DNA of 50,298 bases from Gammaproteobacteria bacterium (GTDB lineage: Bacteria; Pseudomonadota; Gammaproteobacteria; SZUA-152). The position numbers were made by a program, and so were the translations under genes. The DNA lies in assembly GCA_013151575.1 (NCBI GenBank), contig JAADHZ010000081.1, positions 1-50,298 on the forward strand. The letters run 5' to 3'. Within the stretch, counting starts at the first letter, position 1. Every line of letters starts with the position of its first letter. The notes below the pieces were generated by a model. That model searched no databases, was not told the DNA's origin, and saw only the letters and a program-made list of their open reading frames with translations. This document shows positions 1 through 7,884 of the stretch, piece by piece.

Positions 1-2
1 TG

Positions 3-452
3 GAGCGTGACCTCAATGCTGAATTGATCAACGCTGCCCGGGAGGGACGTGTCGCCATGGTGCGCGCCCTGCTGGCGGAAGGTGCCGATGTCAACGCTCA
101 AAACCCCAGCGGCAAGACCCCGTTGATGGGGGCTGCCTATTTTGGTAATGAGCGAGTGGTGCGCCTGATCTTGTCCGCCGGAGCGGATGTTAATGCGAAG
201 GATAATGTTGAATCCACCGCGCTAATAGCCGCCGCTTTTGGCGGCAACCTTCGGGTTGTGCAATCCCTGGTTGCGGAAGGTGCGGACCCTAACGCCAAGT
301 CCAAAACCGGGGTGTCTGCACTGAAAAATGCCACTACGCGAGGCTTTACCCAGGTGGCTAAATTGTTGGAGGATGCCGGGGCGGTTAATGAAGGAAGCGG
401 TAAAAAGAAGAAAAAGAAAAAAAAGAAAAAGAAGAAGAAAAAAAAGAAATAA
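3..452 (+). CDS. Ankyrin-repeat protein, 5' end outside the window, with a C-terminal K16 tail
   Basis: The frame is open from nt 3 (ERDLNAEL...), so the TTG at 24 is probably internal. The ankyrin consensus repeats about 4 times (LLAEGADVNAQNPSGKTPLMGAAYFGNERVVRLILSAGADVNAKDNVESTALIAAAFGGNLRVVQSLVAEGADPNAKSKTGVSAL). The protein ends GSG-K16-stop. Confidence 0.8.
   Translation, partial: ERDLNAELINAAREGRVAMVRALLAEGADVNAQNPSGKTPLMGAAYFGNERVVRLILSAGADVNAKDNVESTALIAAAFGGNLRVVQSLVAEGADPNAKSKTGVSALKNATTRGFTQVAKLLEDAGAVNEGSGKKKKKKKKKKKKKKKK
402..449 (+). repeat. 48-nt homopurine (AAA/AAG)x16 tract encoding 16 lysines
   Basis: Read directly: only A and G from 402 to 449, with two A8 runs (417-424, 438-445). 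TAA stop at 450-452. Confidence 0.95.
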
Positions 453-553
453 TGCTGTCTTAATCCTGAGTCCATTGATTCGGGGTAAACTCCCCGCCAT
501 TATTAGGGTCTGTAATCGTACTGGTTTTCCGGATCACATATTCACTGCACTCA

Positions 554-1234
554 ATGTTCTGGTTCAACTTTTTTATTTTCCTACTGTTGGTTTGGTTGGT
601 GTTGCAGTTTTTACGCGCCTGCGAGAATGCCTCGCGTGCCGATTGGGGCGGCGCAGCAATCAACCGTTTTGCAGGTTTTATCAGCCTGTATTGCCGCTAT
701 TTTCACCGCTTTCAATTTGATCCTTTGCCACTGCCCGAACAGGGGGGAGCCTTGGTGGCGGCTAACCACATGTCAGGGTTGGACCCATTTTTACTGATTG
801 CCGCTAGCCCCCGGCCATTACGTTTTTTAATTGCACGCGAAGAATACGAACGTTTTGGTTTGAACTGGCTGTTTCGTCGCGGGCGATGTATTCCGGTGGA
901 CCGTGATCGTCGCCCGGAGCGCGCATTGCGCGAGGCCCTGATGGCGCTGGAGCGGGGTGATGTAGTGGTGTTGTTTCCCCATGGTGGAATACATCTCGAC
1001 AGTGACCCGCCGCGCAAGCTTAAAGGCGGGGTCGTGCGTTTGGCGCAGAAAATGGGCTTACCTATTTGCCCGGTACGGCTAGATGGCGTTCGCGGCGCGG
1101 GGCATACCGTCCCGGCGTTGGTGATTCCTGGCCGAGCCAGATTGAAGGTTCGGGCACTGCTCGATTGTGAAGGATTGGATCACGAACATTGTCTCGCGCA
1201 GCTTGCCCATCGGCTGGAGGCGGGACACGTTTGA
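554..1234 (+). CDS. Lysophospholipid / 1-acyl-sn-glycerol-3-phosphate acyltransferase (PlsC family)
   Basis: HX4D acyltransferase motif (ANHMSGLDPF), FPHGG block, N-terminal hydrophobic helix (FWFNFFIFLLLVWLVLQFL). Exact start uncertain. Confidence 0.7.
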   Translation: MFWFNFFIFLLLVWLVLQFLRACENASRADWGGAAINRFAGFISLYCRYFHRFQFDPLPLPEQGGALVAANHMSGLDPFLLIAASPRPLRFLIAREEYERFGLNWLFRRGRCIPVDRDRRPERALREALMALERGDVVVLFPHGGIHLDSDPPRKLKGGVVRLAQKMGLPICPVRLDGVRGAGHTVPALVIPGRARLKVRALLDCEGLDHEHCLAQLAHRLEAGHV

Positions 1235-1351
1235 GAAAATATTCAATTGAATTTTCATCCCGTAGTGGATGATTTTGCCAGCGCCGTATTTGATTTGATG
1301 TTTTTATGAAACATCTCGACTTCCCACCATTTTTGTAGATTATCTCAAGTT

Positions 1352-1405
1352 CTCTTCGTATAACTGTGTGATTTTACCGGGAATTTCACACAGTTCTACG
1401 AAGAG
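1352..1405. repeat. Long inverted repeat (20-bp stem, 14-nt loop)
   Basis: CTCTTCGTATAACTGTGTGA (1352-1371) against TCACACAGTTCTACGAAGAG (1386-1405): 19 of 20 positions complementary. Confidence 0.9.
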
Positions 1406-1769
1406 CCACATGAATAATCAATGGCCAAAACTGATTCGCTATTGCGGAGAGGGCCATTTACCGATCAGCAACATCCTGGCCGAGAACGCGATCCGTCCGT
1501 TTGTGATTGGCCGAAAGGCCTGGCTGTTTGCCGACACGCCCAAAGGCGCGCATGCCAGCGGGATTTTTTACAGTTTGATTGAAACGGCAAAGGCCAATGA
1601 GATAGAGCCTTATGCCTATCTGCGACATGTCTTCAAAGCGTTACCGTACGCTGACACCGTTGATAAGCAAGGAAGTCTTGCTGCCCTGGAATGTGAAAGA
1701 TCAAATACCCTCTCTACAAGAAAAATGAGAAAATCAGTACGCCGCTTGATTAAGCAAGTACGTGGTTAG
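1368..1769 (+). pseudogene. IS66-family transposase (TnpC) C-terminal fragment, frameshifted
   Basis: WPKLIRYCGEGHLPISNILAENAIRPFVIGRKAWLFADTPKGAHASGIFYSLIETAKANEIEPYAYLRHVFKALP matches the conserved C-terminal block of IS66 TnpC as I remember it. Only about 100 of more than 500 residues are present. The expected LLPWN-type ending is in the +1 frame (1672-1728: EVLLPWNVKDQIPSLQEK*). Confidence 0.75.
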
Positions 1770-1781
1770 TTTGGCGCTTAC
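1406..1781 (+). mobile_element. IS66-family right-end remnant (3' tnpC plus terminal inverted repeat)
   Basis: Homology starts immediately after the hairpin ending at 1405. The segment ends with GGCGCTTAC (1773-1781), the reverse complement of the GTAAGCGCC-type terminal IR I recall for IS66-family elements, about 45 nt after the frameshift-corrected stop. Confidence 0.65.
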
Positions 1782-2130
1782 TCTCTATGCTACTCAGGTA
1801 TTTCGAGCTGATCTGAATATCCTCAGCCAGGCTATCTTGCGTTACGCCTAAGCGAGTTCGTAAGCGCTTGATTCTTTTGCCTATAAGCATTCTATCTCTC
1901 ATAGGGAAAGACTATAAGTCTCATCCAGATTCCCGATAACCTTGTGACACAAGAAAAAAGATTGTAAATTCTGTCTGACAGAAAAATTATCAGTGTGATG
2001 CACAGAAAAAGTGTCAAATATTAAATCTAATAGCTAAAGTCTGCTGGGCGGTATCGATACAACGCCTGCGCAGAATGGCGCAATTAATTGCTCGCCTTTT
2101 ATTCTACGACTGACATACATAAGGGAATTT

Positions 2131-4047
2131 ATGCGCCTAACAACACAGAGGTTTTGCATGAGACATACGTTGAAAATCGGGTGGTTTGTGAGTGTCGTGG
2201 TTTTACTTGCGGCCTGTGGCGGCGGGGGAGGTAATGGCAGCACTGGAAATACGGCTCCTCCAACGGTTCCCACCAATGTCAGCGTGATCGGTGATGATGG
2301 GTTTAACACCGTCCAGTGGGCCAGTGTCAGCGGCGCAATATCTTATAACCTTTATTGGTCTACCAGTACGGGTGTGACTAAAAGCAATGGCAATAAAATC
2401 AGTAGTGTGGCCCTGCCGTTAAAACACGGTGGCTTGGTTAATGGCACTCCCTATTTCTATGTTGTCACTGCGGTGAATGCTAATGGGGAAAGCAGTGATT
2501 CGGCACAAGCAACCGCCAGCCCTGCAAATGCTGCTGGTGCAAATGATCCATTGTTCGGCGATCAGTGGCATTTAAAGAATACCGGGCAGTTAGGCAACGA
2601 TGGAGCTGCGGGTCTGGCCGGGGAAGATATCAATGTAGAACCCGTTTGGAATAGTTGCGGTACAGGTAACACCTGTCGTGGTGAAGGGATACGCATTGCG
2701 GTGGTAGATGATGGATTAGAAATTTCCCATGAGGATTTGGCTGCTAACGTTGCAACTGGACTGGGCCACAATTATTTAACAGGAACTAATGATCCCAGTC
2801 CTACCGCTGGTTCTGGTGGTGACTCATACGCGCATGGTACTGCGGTAGCCGGAGTAATTGCTGCACGTGATATGAATGATCTCGGTGTGCGCGGTGTTGC
2901 CCCTCGTGCCAACTTGGTTGGTTACAATCTTTTGCAAGATTCAACCGAAAGCAATGAAGCCGATGCCATGACACGTGGCTCACCCTATGTGTATGTCTCT
3001 AGCAATAGCTGGGGCGCTCCTGATGATACGGGCAATCTTGCACCATCTGTGCTTGCGTGGCGCACGGCGATAAATACTGGCCTTAACAGCGGACGTAGCG
3101 GTAAAGGTACCATTTATGTCTGGGCGGCTGGCAATGGGGGAGCTGGCAATGGGGGAGCTGGCCAAATTGTCGATAACTCCAATTACGACGGGCAAGCAAA
3201 TTATCGTGGTGTGATAGCCGTTGGTGCCGTAACCGATCAGGGCACTAAAGCGTCTTATTCTGAACGTGGTGCAAATGTGTGGGTTAGTGCGCCAGGTGGC
3301 GAATTTTGTGGTACCCACACTATTAGTACCACCGATAATTCTGGAGAAAATGGTTACAATTATTCTGCGACTGCGGGAACATCTAATTACACAAATACGA
3401 ATTATTCAAAGTGTTTTAATGGCACGTCTTCCGCTACGCCAGTTGTCTCAGGTGTTGTAGCTTTGATGCTTCAGGCCAACCCAAACCTGGGCTGGCGCGA
3501 TGTGCGGGTTATTCTTGCAACCACGGCACGGAAAAATGATTTTTCTGATGCGGAATGGGCTGCAAACGGTGCAGGTTTTCGCGTAAATCACAAATATGGT
3601 TTTGGTGTTGTTGATGCGGACGCTGCGGTTACATTGGCGAAAACCTGGATTAATCGTGGTGCAGAGGTGATGTATGCCCCACCGCTATTTTCCGTAAATA
3701 CCACGATTCCTGATAACGATTCTACTGGAGTTGCAGATATGGTTACAATTTCTGGGAGTAATATCTCAGAAATTGAATCCATTGAAATTACTTTCAGTTC
3801 AACAGATCACACCTATTCTGGTGATCTAGAAATTACCTTAACGAATGTCATGACAGGCACGAGCAGTACGTTATCTGAAGTTCATTTATGCGATGGTATT
3901 TGCACTGCTCATGATAACTGGGTGTTCAGCAGCGTACGCCATCTCGGGGAGGCTGCCGATGGAGATTGGACATTAACCGTGAAAGATGTGTTTACTGGTG
4001 ATATCGGAACATTTCAATCATGGGGCATTAAGTTTTATGGGACTTAA
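2131..4047 (+). CDS. Kexin/furin-like subtilase (S8 family) lipoprotein with FN3-like and C-terminal P-domain
   Basis: Lipobox LLAAC-GGGG. FN3-like segment (YNLYWSTSTGV...PYFYVVTAVNANGES). Kexin-type start of the catalytic domain, DPLFGDQWHLKNTG. Catalytic Asp (IAVVDDGLE), His (HGTAVAGVIAA), oxyanion Asn (WAAGNGG), Ser (GTSSATPVVSGVVALM). P-domain-like end (GDLEITL...GDWTLTVKD...FQSWGIKFYG). Alternative start at 2158. Confidence 0.85.
   Translation: MRLTTQRFCMRHTLKIGWFVSVVVLLAACGGGGGNGSTGNTAPPTVPTNVSVIGDDGFNTVQWASVSGAISYNLYWSTSTGVTKSNGNKISSVALPLKHGGLVNGTPYFYVVTAVNANGESSDSAQATASPANAAGANDPLFGDQWHLKNTGQLGNDGAAGLAGEDINVEPVWNSCGTGNTCRGEGIRIAVVDDGLEISHEDLAANVATGLGHNYLTGTNDPSPTAGSGGDSYAHGTAVAGVIAARDMNDLGVRGVAPRANLVGYNLLQDSTESNEADAMTRGSPYVYVSSNSWGAPDDTGNLAPSVLAWRTAINTGLNSGRSGKGTIYVWAAGNGGAGNGGAGQIVDNSNYDGQANYRGVIAVGAVTDQGTKASYSERGANVWVSAPGGEFCGTHTISTTDNSGENGYNYSATAGTSNYTNTNYSKCFNGTSSATPVVSGVVALMLQANPNLGWRDVRVILATTARKNDFSDAEWAANGAGFRVNHKYGFGVVDADAAVTLAKTWINRGAEVMYAPPLFSVNTTIPDNDSTGVADMVTISGSNISEIESIEITFSSTDHTYSGDLEITLTNVMTGTSSTLSEVHLCDGICTAHDNWVFSSVRHLGEAADGDWTLTVKDVFTGDIGTFQSWGIKFYGT
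3127..3162 (+). repeat. 15-bp tandem duplication (2.4 copies) inside the protease gene
   Basis: GCTGGCAATGGGGGA at 3127-3141 and 3142-3156, then GCTGGC at 3157-3162. Translates to AGNGG-AGNGG-AG. Confidence 0.95.
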
Positions 4048-4103
4048 CCTTTTGTTCGCATATTGATGTGAAAGCTAATTGGTAGCTGAACTCTATTTTA
4101 CTA

Positions 4104-4754
4104 ATGGAACAAATCATGAATAAATTTTTAGTACGCCCTGTGTATATTTTAGCGGCACTATTGGTGGGGTTTCTGTTACTTAATACGGCTCATGCGATGG
4201 GTTCAAAAAGCGCTAAGACTAAACAGACCACTTTGCAGCAAACTTATGTCTGGCATGATGGCGACCGAGAGCGAACCGTCTGGTTAAATCCACAACTCGT
4301 CGCCGAATTTGATTCGAATGCTAAAAGCCAAAGCGCATTAAAAGCGGCGTATTCCTCAGCGGTGGAGGTATCTGCAAAACGTGGATCAATTCGTTTATGG
4401 AGGCTTAACAATAATGTAAAAGCAAAGACGGCAATAAGGGGTCTTAAATCCAATTCTATGACTGGAAAATTTTCCCCTGTGCTGCACGATGGCCCATCAA
4501 GTTCCGGCCGTATGCGCTCCCTGCCGGGAAATATCATTGTCCATCTTGACCCTTCATGGGAGCAAGACTTGATAGACGGTTGGTTAATCCAGAATAATCT
4601 TGAGATTGTTAGAAAGCTGAATATAGGGCCGAATATCTTTGTGATAAAAACCGAATCTGGATTAGCGGCATTGGAAATGGCGAACAGCCTGCATGATGCC
4701 GGTGAAGTAGTGGCGGCCTATCCAGATTGGTGGAAGGAAGTTGTTACACGATAA
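4104..4754 (+). CDS. Secreted hypothetical protein, possibly subtilase-prodomain / I9-inhibitor-like
   Basis: Signal peptide (LAALLVGFLLLNTAHA). No catalytic motifs. The C-terminal half, GNIIVHLDPSWEQDLIDGWLIQNNLEIVRKLNIGPNIFVIKTESGLAALEMANSLHDAGEVVAAYPDWW, has the alternating pattern of subtilase prodomains. 56-nt gap after the protease gene. The function is inference only. Confidence 0.55.
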   Translation: MEQIMNKFLVRPVYILAALLVGFLLLNTAHAMGSKSAKTKQTTLQQTYVWHDGDRERTVWLNPQLVAEFDSNAKSQSALKAAYSSAVEVSAKRGSIRLWRLNNNVKAKTAIRGLKSNSMTGKFSPVLHDGPSSSGRMRSLPGNIIVHLDPSWEQDLIDGWLIQNNLEIVRKLNIGPNIFVIKTESGLAALEMANSLHDAGEVVAAYPDWWKEVVTR

Positions 4755-4795
4755 ACCACTGAAAACTATGTTCAGAGCAATGCTGTGGGGCAATG

Positions 4796-5146
4796 TTATG
4801 CAGCATGAATTTCAAATTCAGTTGCGATAGCAACCGGCTTGACGGCTTTATTCTCCCGTTTAAGTTTAACGAATCCGTAGTGCTCCATTGTTTTCAATGT
4901 ACGAGACAAGTTGCTCGGTTGACGACCGGAGGCATCTGCAAGCTCAGTTAGGGATTCGGGCTGCATTTCTGCAATCATTTTTAGCAATGCACGATTTTGA
5001 TCACTTAGTACTTCCGCAACAGATTTCATGGAAGGAAACCAAACTTTAGGTTCATTTTTTTTAGGTTTGTAGTTTTCCCGAGCAATATCAAACACTCTTT
5101 TTCGGATATTGTTTTGAGACATGATGTCTATAATAATTTTTTTCAT
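4796..5146 (-). CDS. MarR-like winged-helix DNA-binding protein, probable antitoxin/regulator
   Basis: HTH segment SLTELADASGRQPSNLSRTLKTMEHYGFVKLKRE. The size and layout recall the HVO_A0114/MarR-like partners of small toxin genes. Confidence 0.65.
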   Translation of the reverse strand: MKKIIIDIMSQNNIRKRVFDIARENYKPKKNEPKVWFPSMKSVAEVLSDQNRALLKMIAEMQPESLTELADASGRQPSNLSRTLKTMEHYGFVKLKRENKAVKPVAIATEFEIHAA

Positions 5147-5172
5147 GATTTGACCCGTATTATGTAAATCCG

Positions 5173-5361
5173 TTATTCCTTTGTTTTAAGTATCTTGTCT
5201 GCTTTCGCAAAAAAGTCACTCAATAATTGTTCAGCCGATTCAAATGTATACGGCATACCTTTGTCTTCCGAGTGCCTGTGTTTATGGTCATATACGCTTC
5301 GCCAGCCTGTAAAGTGCCTACGTTTTTGGGCTTTAATAGAGGAAGCAATCATGAATAACAC
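5173..5361 (-). pseudogene. Possible 5'-truncated toxin gene (DUF6516-like?) upstream of the HTH gene
   Basis: Lies 26 nt upstream of the HTH gene on the same strand. Only the last ~45 codons (GWRSVYDHKHRHSEDKGMPYTFESAEQLLSDFFAKADKILKTKE) look native; the 5' part runs into IS66-like sequence from about 5309. The family assignment is from memory only. Confidence 0.3.
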
Positions 5362-5491
5362 CCGAGAAGCAAAATGCGCCTGGTGGGCCAGTCACATCCA
5401 GGCATGGAAAGCATCAGGAGAAGCACAGAGCGGTTATTGTCGTCAGCATCAGACAAACCTCATCAGTTTATGTGTAGTGGTTCAAACTTGA
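5351..5491 (+). pseudogene. IS66-family accessory protein TnpA, N-terminal fragment
   Basis: From the ATG at 5351: MNNTREAKCAWWASHIQAWKASGEAQSGYCRQHQTNLISL. This resembles the W--HI--W--SG-S---YC--H-L N-terminus of IS66 orf1 proteins. The frame ends after about 45 codons. GTAAAGTGCC at 5309-5318 could be a degenerate left IR. Confidence 0.45.
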
Positions 5492-5532
5492 TCTGACAGT
5501 TACCAGTTTATTGGGCACTAATAAATAAGTAG

Positions 5533-6381
5533 TTAAGGCCGATTGATCGGCATTATCTCCACCCCTGATTTCGGTAGCGCCAGCGCTTTTTCCAGCTTTT
5601 CCTGTAATTTGGTTTTCTCTGCATTCAACCCTAACACCAGCCGTTCTAACGAAATGATACGGGAATCCAGTGGTCGTTGTGCATGTTTGATGCTGGTGTT
5701 TTGTTGTTGCAGCGCCTGTAGACGTAACTGTAATTGTTTGATTTTAGTATGTGCCATGTCCAGTTCATTTTCTTTGACACGGCGCTTAGACACAGCACTG
5801 ACTAGCGTTTTTTGGGCCGACAGTTTTTTAGCGGCCTCCTCAATACTTTTCGTCTGATCGTACAATCCCGCTGCTCGTGGGTCCGGCTGCCTGAGGGCGT
5901 CGGAGATGGCCAATAGCCGGTATTCAGCACCAAGGACAACACCCTCCAGGGCTGCGCGATTAAAGTTGCCTAGTTCCCTCACCTCGCGGGCTAGGTGCAG
6001 CAAATGTTGTGCTTCAAAGTTAAAGCGCGCAATAGCACGGGCCGCCACCGGTGTGTCATTGGGTTCACGATCCAACACCGCAAGGGCATCATCCCGCGTG
6101 CGCTGGGCCTTGGCGTAACTTTTGGGGGCATCACGTGCTGCCCCCAGGGCTTCGGCCTGCGCGAAAATGGCTTCGCCCGAAGCCAGTGGCCCCTCCGCCT
6201 GTCGCGCCACCGGATCAGATTGTTCACTCGTTGGTGACTTCTTCTGCGGAGTGAGCCCATCCTGTTTCAATGCCCCGGCACACCCCCCAAGAAGCACCAG
6301 CAAAAGACCAGCCCACACCAGCGGCAACCCACCCAAAAGTCGCCTTCCGTTACTCTCTGTCCGTTTACTGTATTCCATCAT
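5533..6381 (-). CDS. Coiled-coil lipoprotein, hypothetical
   Basis: Lipobox LLVLLGGC-AG. Ala-rich N-terminal half. Heptad-like C-terminal half (KIKQLQLRLQALQQQNTSIK...LQEKLEKAL). Confidence 0.7.
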   Translation of the reverse strand: MMEYSKRTESNGRRLLGGLPLVWAGLLLVLLGGCAGALKQDGLTPQKKSPTSEQSDPVARQAEGPLASGEAIFAQAEALGAARDAPKSYAKAQRTRDDALAVLDREPNDTPVAARAIARFNFEAQHLLHLAREVRELGNFNRAALEGVVLGAEYRLLAISDALRQPDPRAAGLYDQTKSIEEAAKKLSAQKTLVSAVSKRRVKENELDMAHTKIKQLQLRLQALQQQNTSIKHAQRPLDSRIISLERLVLGLNAEKTKLQEKLEKALALPKSGVEIMPINRP

Positions 6382-6665
6382 TCCTCTTCACCGTCTTTCA
6401 GCGCGAGCTTGACCACACCGGTAATGCCCGCCCTCTATATTCGATAAACTTTCGCGATGTCCGAATCCATCCGCTCCACGCCTACTACAGGTCGATGCTG
6501 AGGTTCAGCGTTACCCCACAAGCAACTTTGCTTTCTGTGGGAGTAGGGATGGTCCACCAATGGCGCTTTATTCCCGCCCCAACGGTGGCAATGCTTCTGA
6601 CCAGCCCGGTGCTATTCAGTGGACTCCTGCTCATGTCGGTTAAGTTGCCTAGGCAGGGATATGAC

Positions 6666-7133
6666 CTACAGTACTTTCACTGCCGCCAACACGTCGTCAA
6701 CATGCCCTGCGACTTTCACTTTGCGCCATTCCTGGCGTAACACGCCTTTTTCATCAATCAAAAACGTGCTGCGTTCGATGCCCATGACTTTTTTGCCGTA
6801 CATGTTTTTTTCTTTGATGACATCGAACAGACGGCACAGGGTTTCTTCCTTGTCCGACAGTAGCTCAAAAGGAAATTGCTGCTTGGCTTTGAAGTTTTCG
6901 TGGGACTTGATGCCGTCGCGCGAGACACCCAGCACCACAGCTCCCGCACGTTTGAACGTATTGTAGTTGTCGCGAAAACCCTGTCCTTCCGTGGTGCAGC
7001 CCGGGGTGCTGTCTTTGGGATAAAAATACAGCACGATTTTTTTACCCTTGAGGTCCGCGAGTTTGATGTGCTGCTCACCAGTGGCGGGTAATTCGAATGC
7101 GGGAATTTTTTTGCCAATGTCGATGGAGCTCAT
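6666..7133 (-). CDS. bcp: Thioredoxin-dependent peroxiredoxin Bcp
   Basis: Active site YFYPKDSTPGCTTEGQGFRD. 155 aa. Adjacent to gcvR as in enterobacteria. Confidence 0.9.
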   Translation of the reverse strand: MSSIDIGKKIPAFELPATGEQHIKLADLKGKKIVLYFYPKDSTPGCTTEGQGFRDNYNTFKRAGAVVLGVSRDGIKSHENFKAKQQFPFELLSDKEETLCRLFDVIKEKNMYGKKVMGIERSTFLIDEKGVLRQEWRKVKVAGHVDDVLAAVKVL

Positions 7134-7159
7134 AAGGTTTCTCTTTTTTTATGCGGTGA

Positions 7160-7690
7160 TCAGGGTTTCATGGGTTCAATGGTGGCATCCATGTTCTGGC
7201 TTTCACAAAAATCCAGAAATTCGTCTCTCAACGCGGATACCGGAACGTCTGCCGACACATTGGCGGTCAGGTGCAATGCAAACATCGGCGCGCCGGTGTG
7301 TGCGGCGGCGTACTGCGTGGTGTTCAATTCGTGGATGTTGATATTGCGGCTGGAGAAAAAATGCGCCAGCTCGTAAACAATGCCAGGGTGGTCGATGGAA
7401 ACTACTTCCACGGAGTAGGGCATGAGGTCGGTGGCGGGGGGATTTTTCGAGGTGCGTTTGCAATTCATCAGCAGCCCCAGCGGGGCGCTCACGGCGGGCA
7501 GGGCATCCTCCAGCTTGGCCAGCTCGTTCCACTTGCCCGCCACCATCAAAATCACCGCAAACTCGCCGCCCAATACGGTCATGCGGCTGTCGATGATGTT
7601 GCAATGGCACGACACCACGGTTTCCGATATTTTGTCGATAATGCCGGGGTTGTCTTCGCCCAGGGCGGTTATTACCAATAAACTGTCCAT
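7160..7690 (-). CDS. gcvR: Glycine cleavage system transcriptional repressor GcvR (tandem ACT domains)
   Basis: N-terminus MDSLLVITALGEDNPGIIDKISETV and a second ACT-like half (YSVEVVSIDHPGIVYELAHFF). Located between bcp and the divergent dapA. Confidence 0.8.
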   Translation of the reverse strand: MDSLLVITALGEDNPGIIDKISETVVSCHCNIIDSRMTVLGGEFAVILMVAGKWNELAKLEDALPAVSAPLGLLMNCKRTSKNPPATDLMPYSVEVVSIDHPGIVYELAHFFSSRNINIHELNTTQYAAAHTGAPMFALHLTANVSADVPVSALRDEFLDFCESQNMDATIEPMKP

Positions 7691-7884
7691 GCGGCTCCTC
7701 TGTATTCACGCCATGTTTTGTCATGTTTTTCATTATGTTCGTCGATGCGGGAGTCTACCACCAAAGCGGGAATGTGGGTTCCTACCTTGTCACGGGATAG
7801 GCGGGTCAGTACCATTGCATCTTTTGAATTTCCGGGGGCGCGATTGCAAGCCTCCGTATAGCGGCAATAAGGCGGAGAATACCC

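Noticed and set aside
1840-1867. Additional GTAAGCGC (1860-1867) and GCGTTAC motifs about 80 nt after the IS66 right end, which could be a solo IS66 IR.
   Set aside because: Only 8 nt of similarity, and nothing IS-like follows it.
6382-6665. 284-bp gap with no ORF of 60 aa or more on the minus strand, between the lipoprotein gene start and the bcp stop. Considered an sRNA or a small gene.
   Set aside because: I found no terminator-like hairpin, conserved RNA motif or credible small ORF by eye. It most likely holds just the promoter and leader of the lipoprotein gene.
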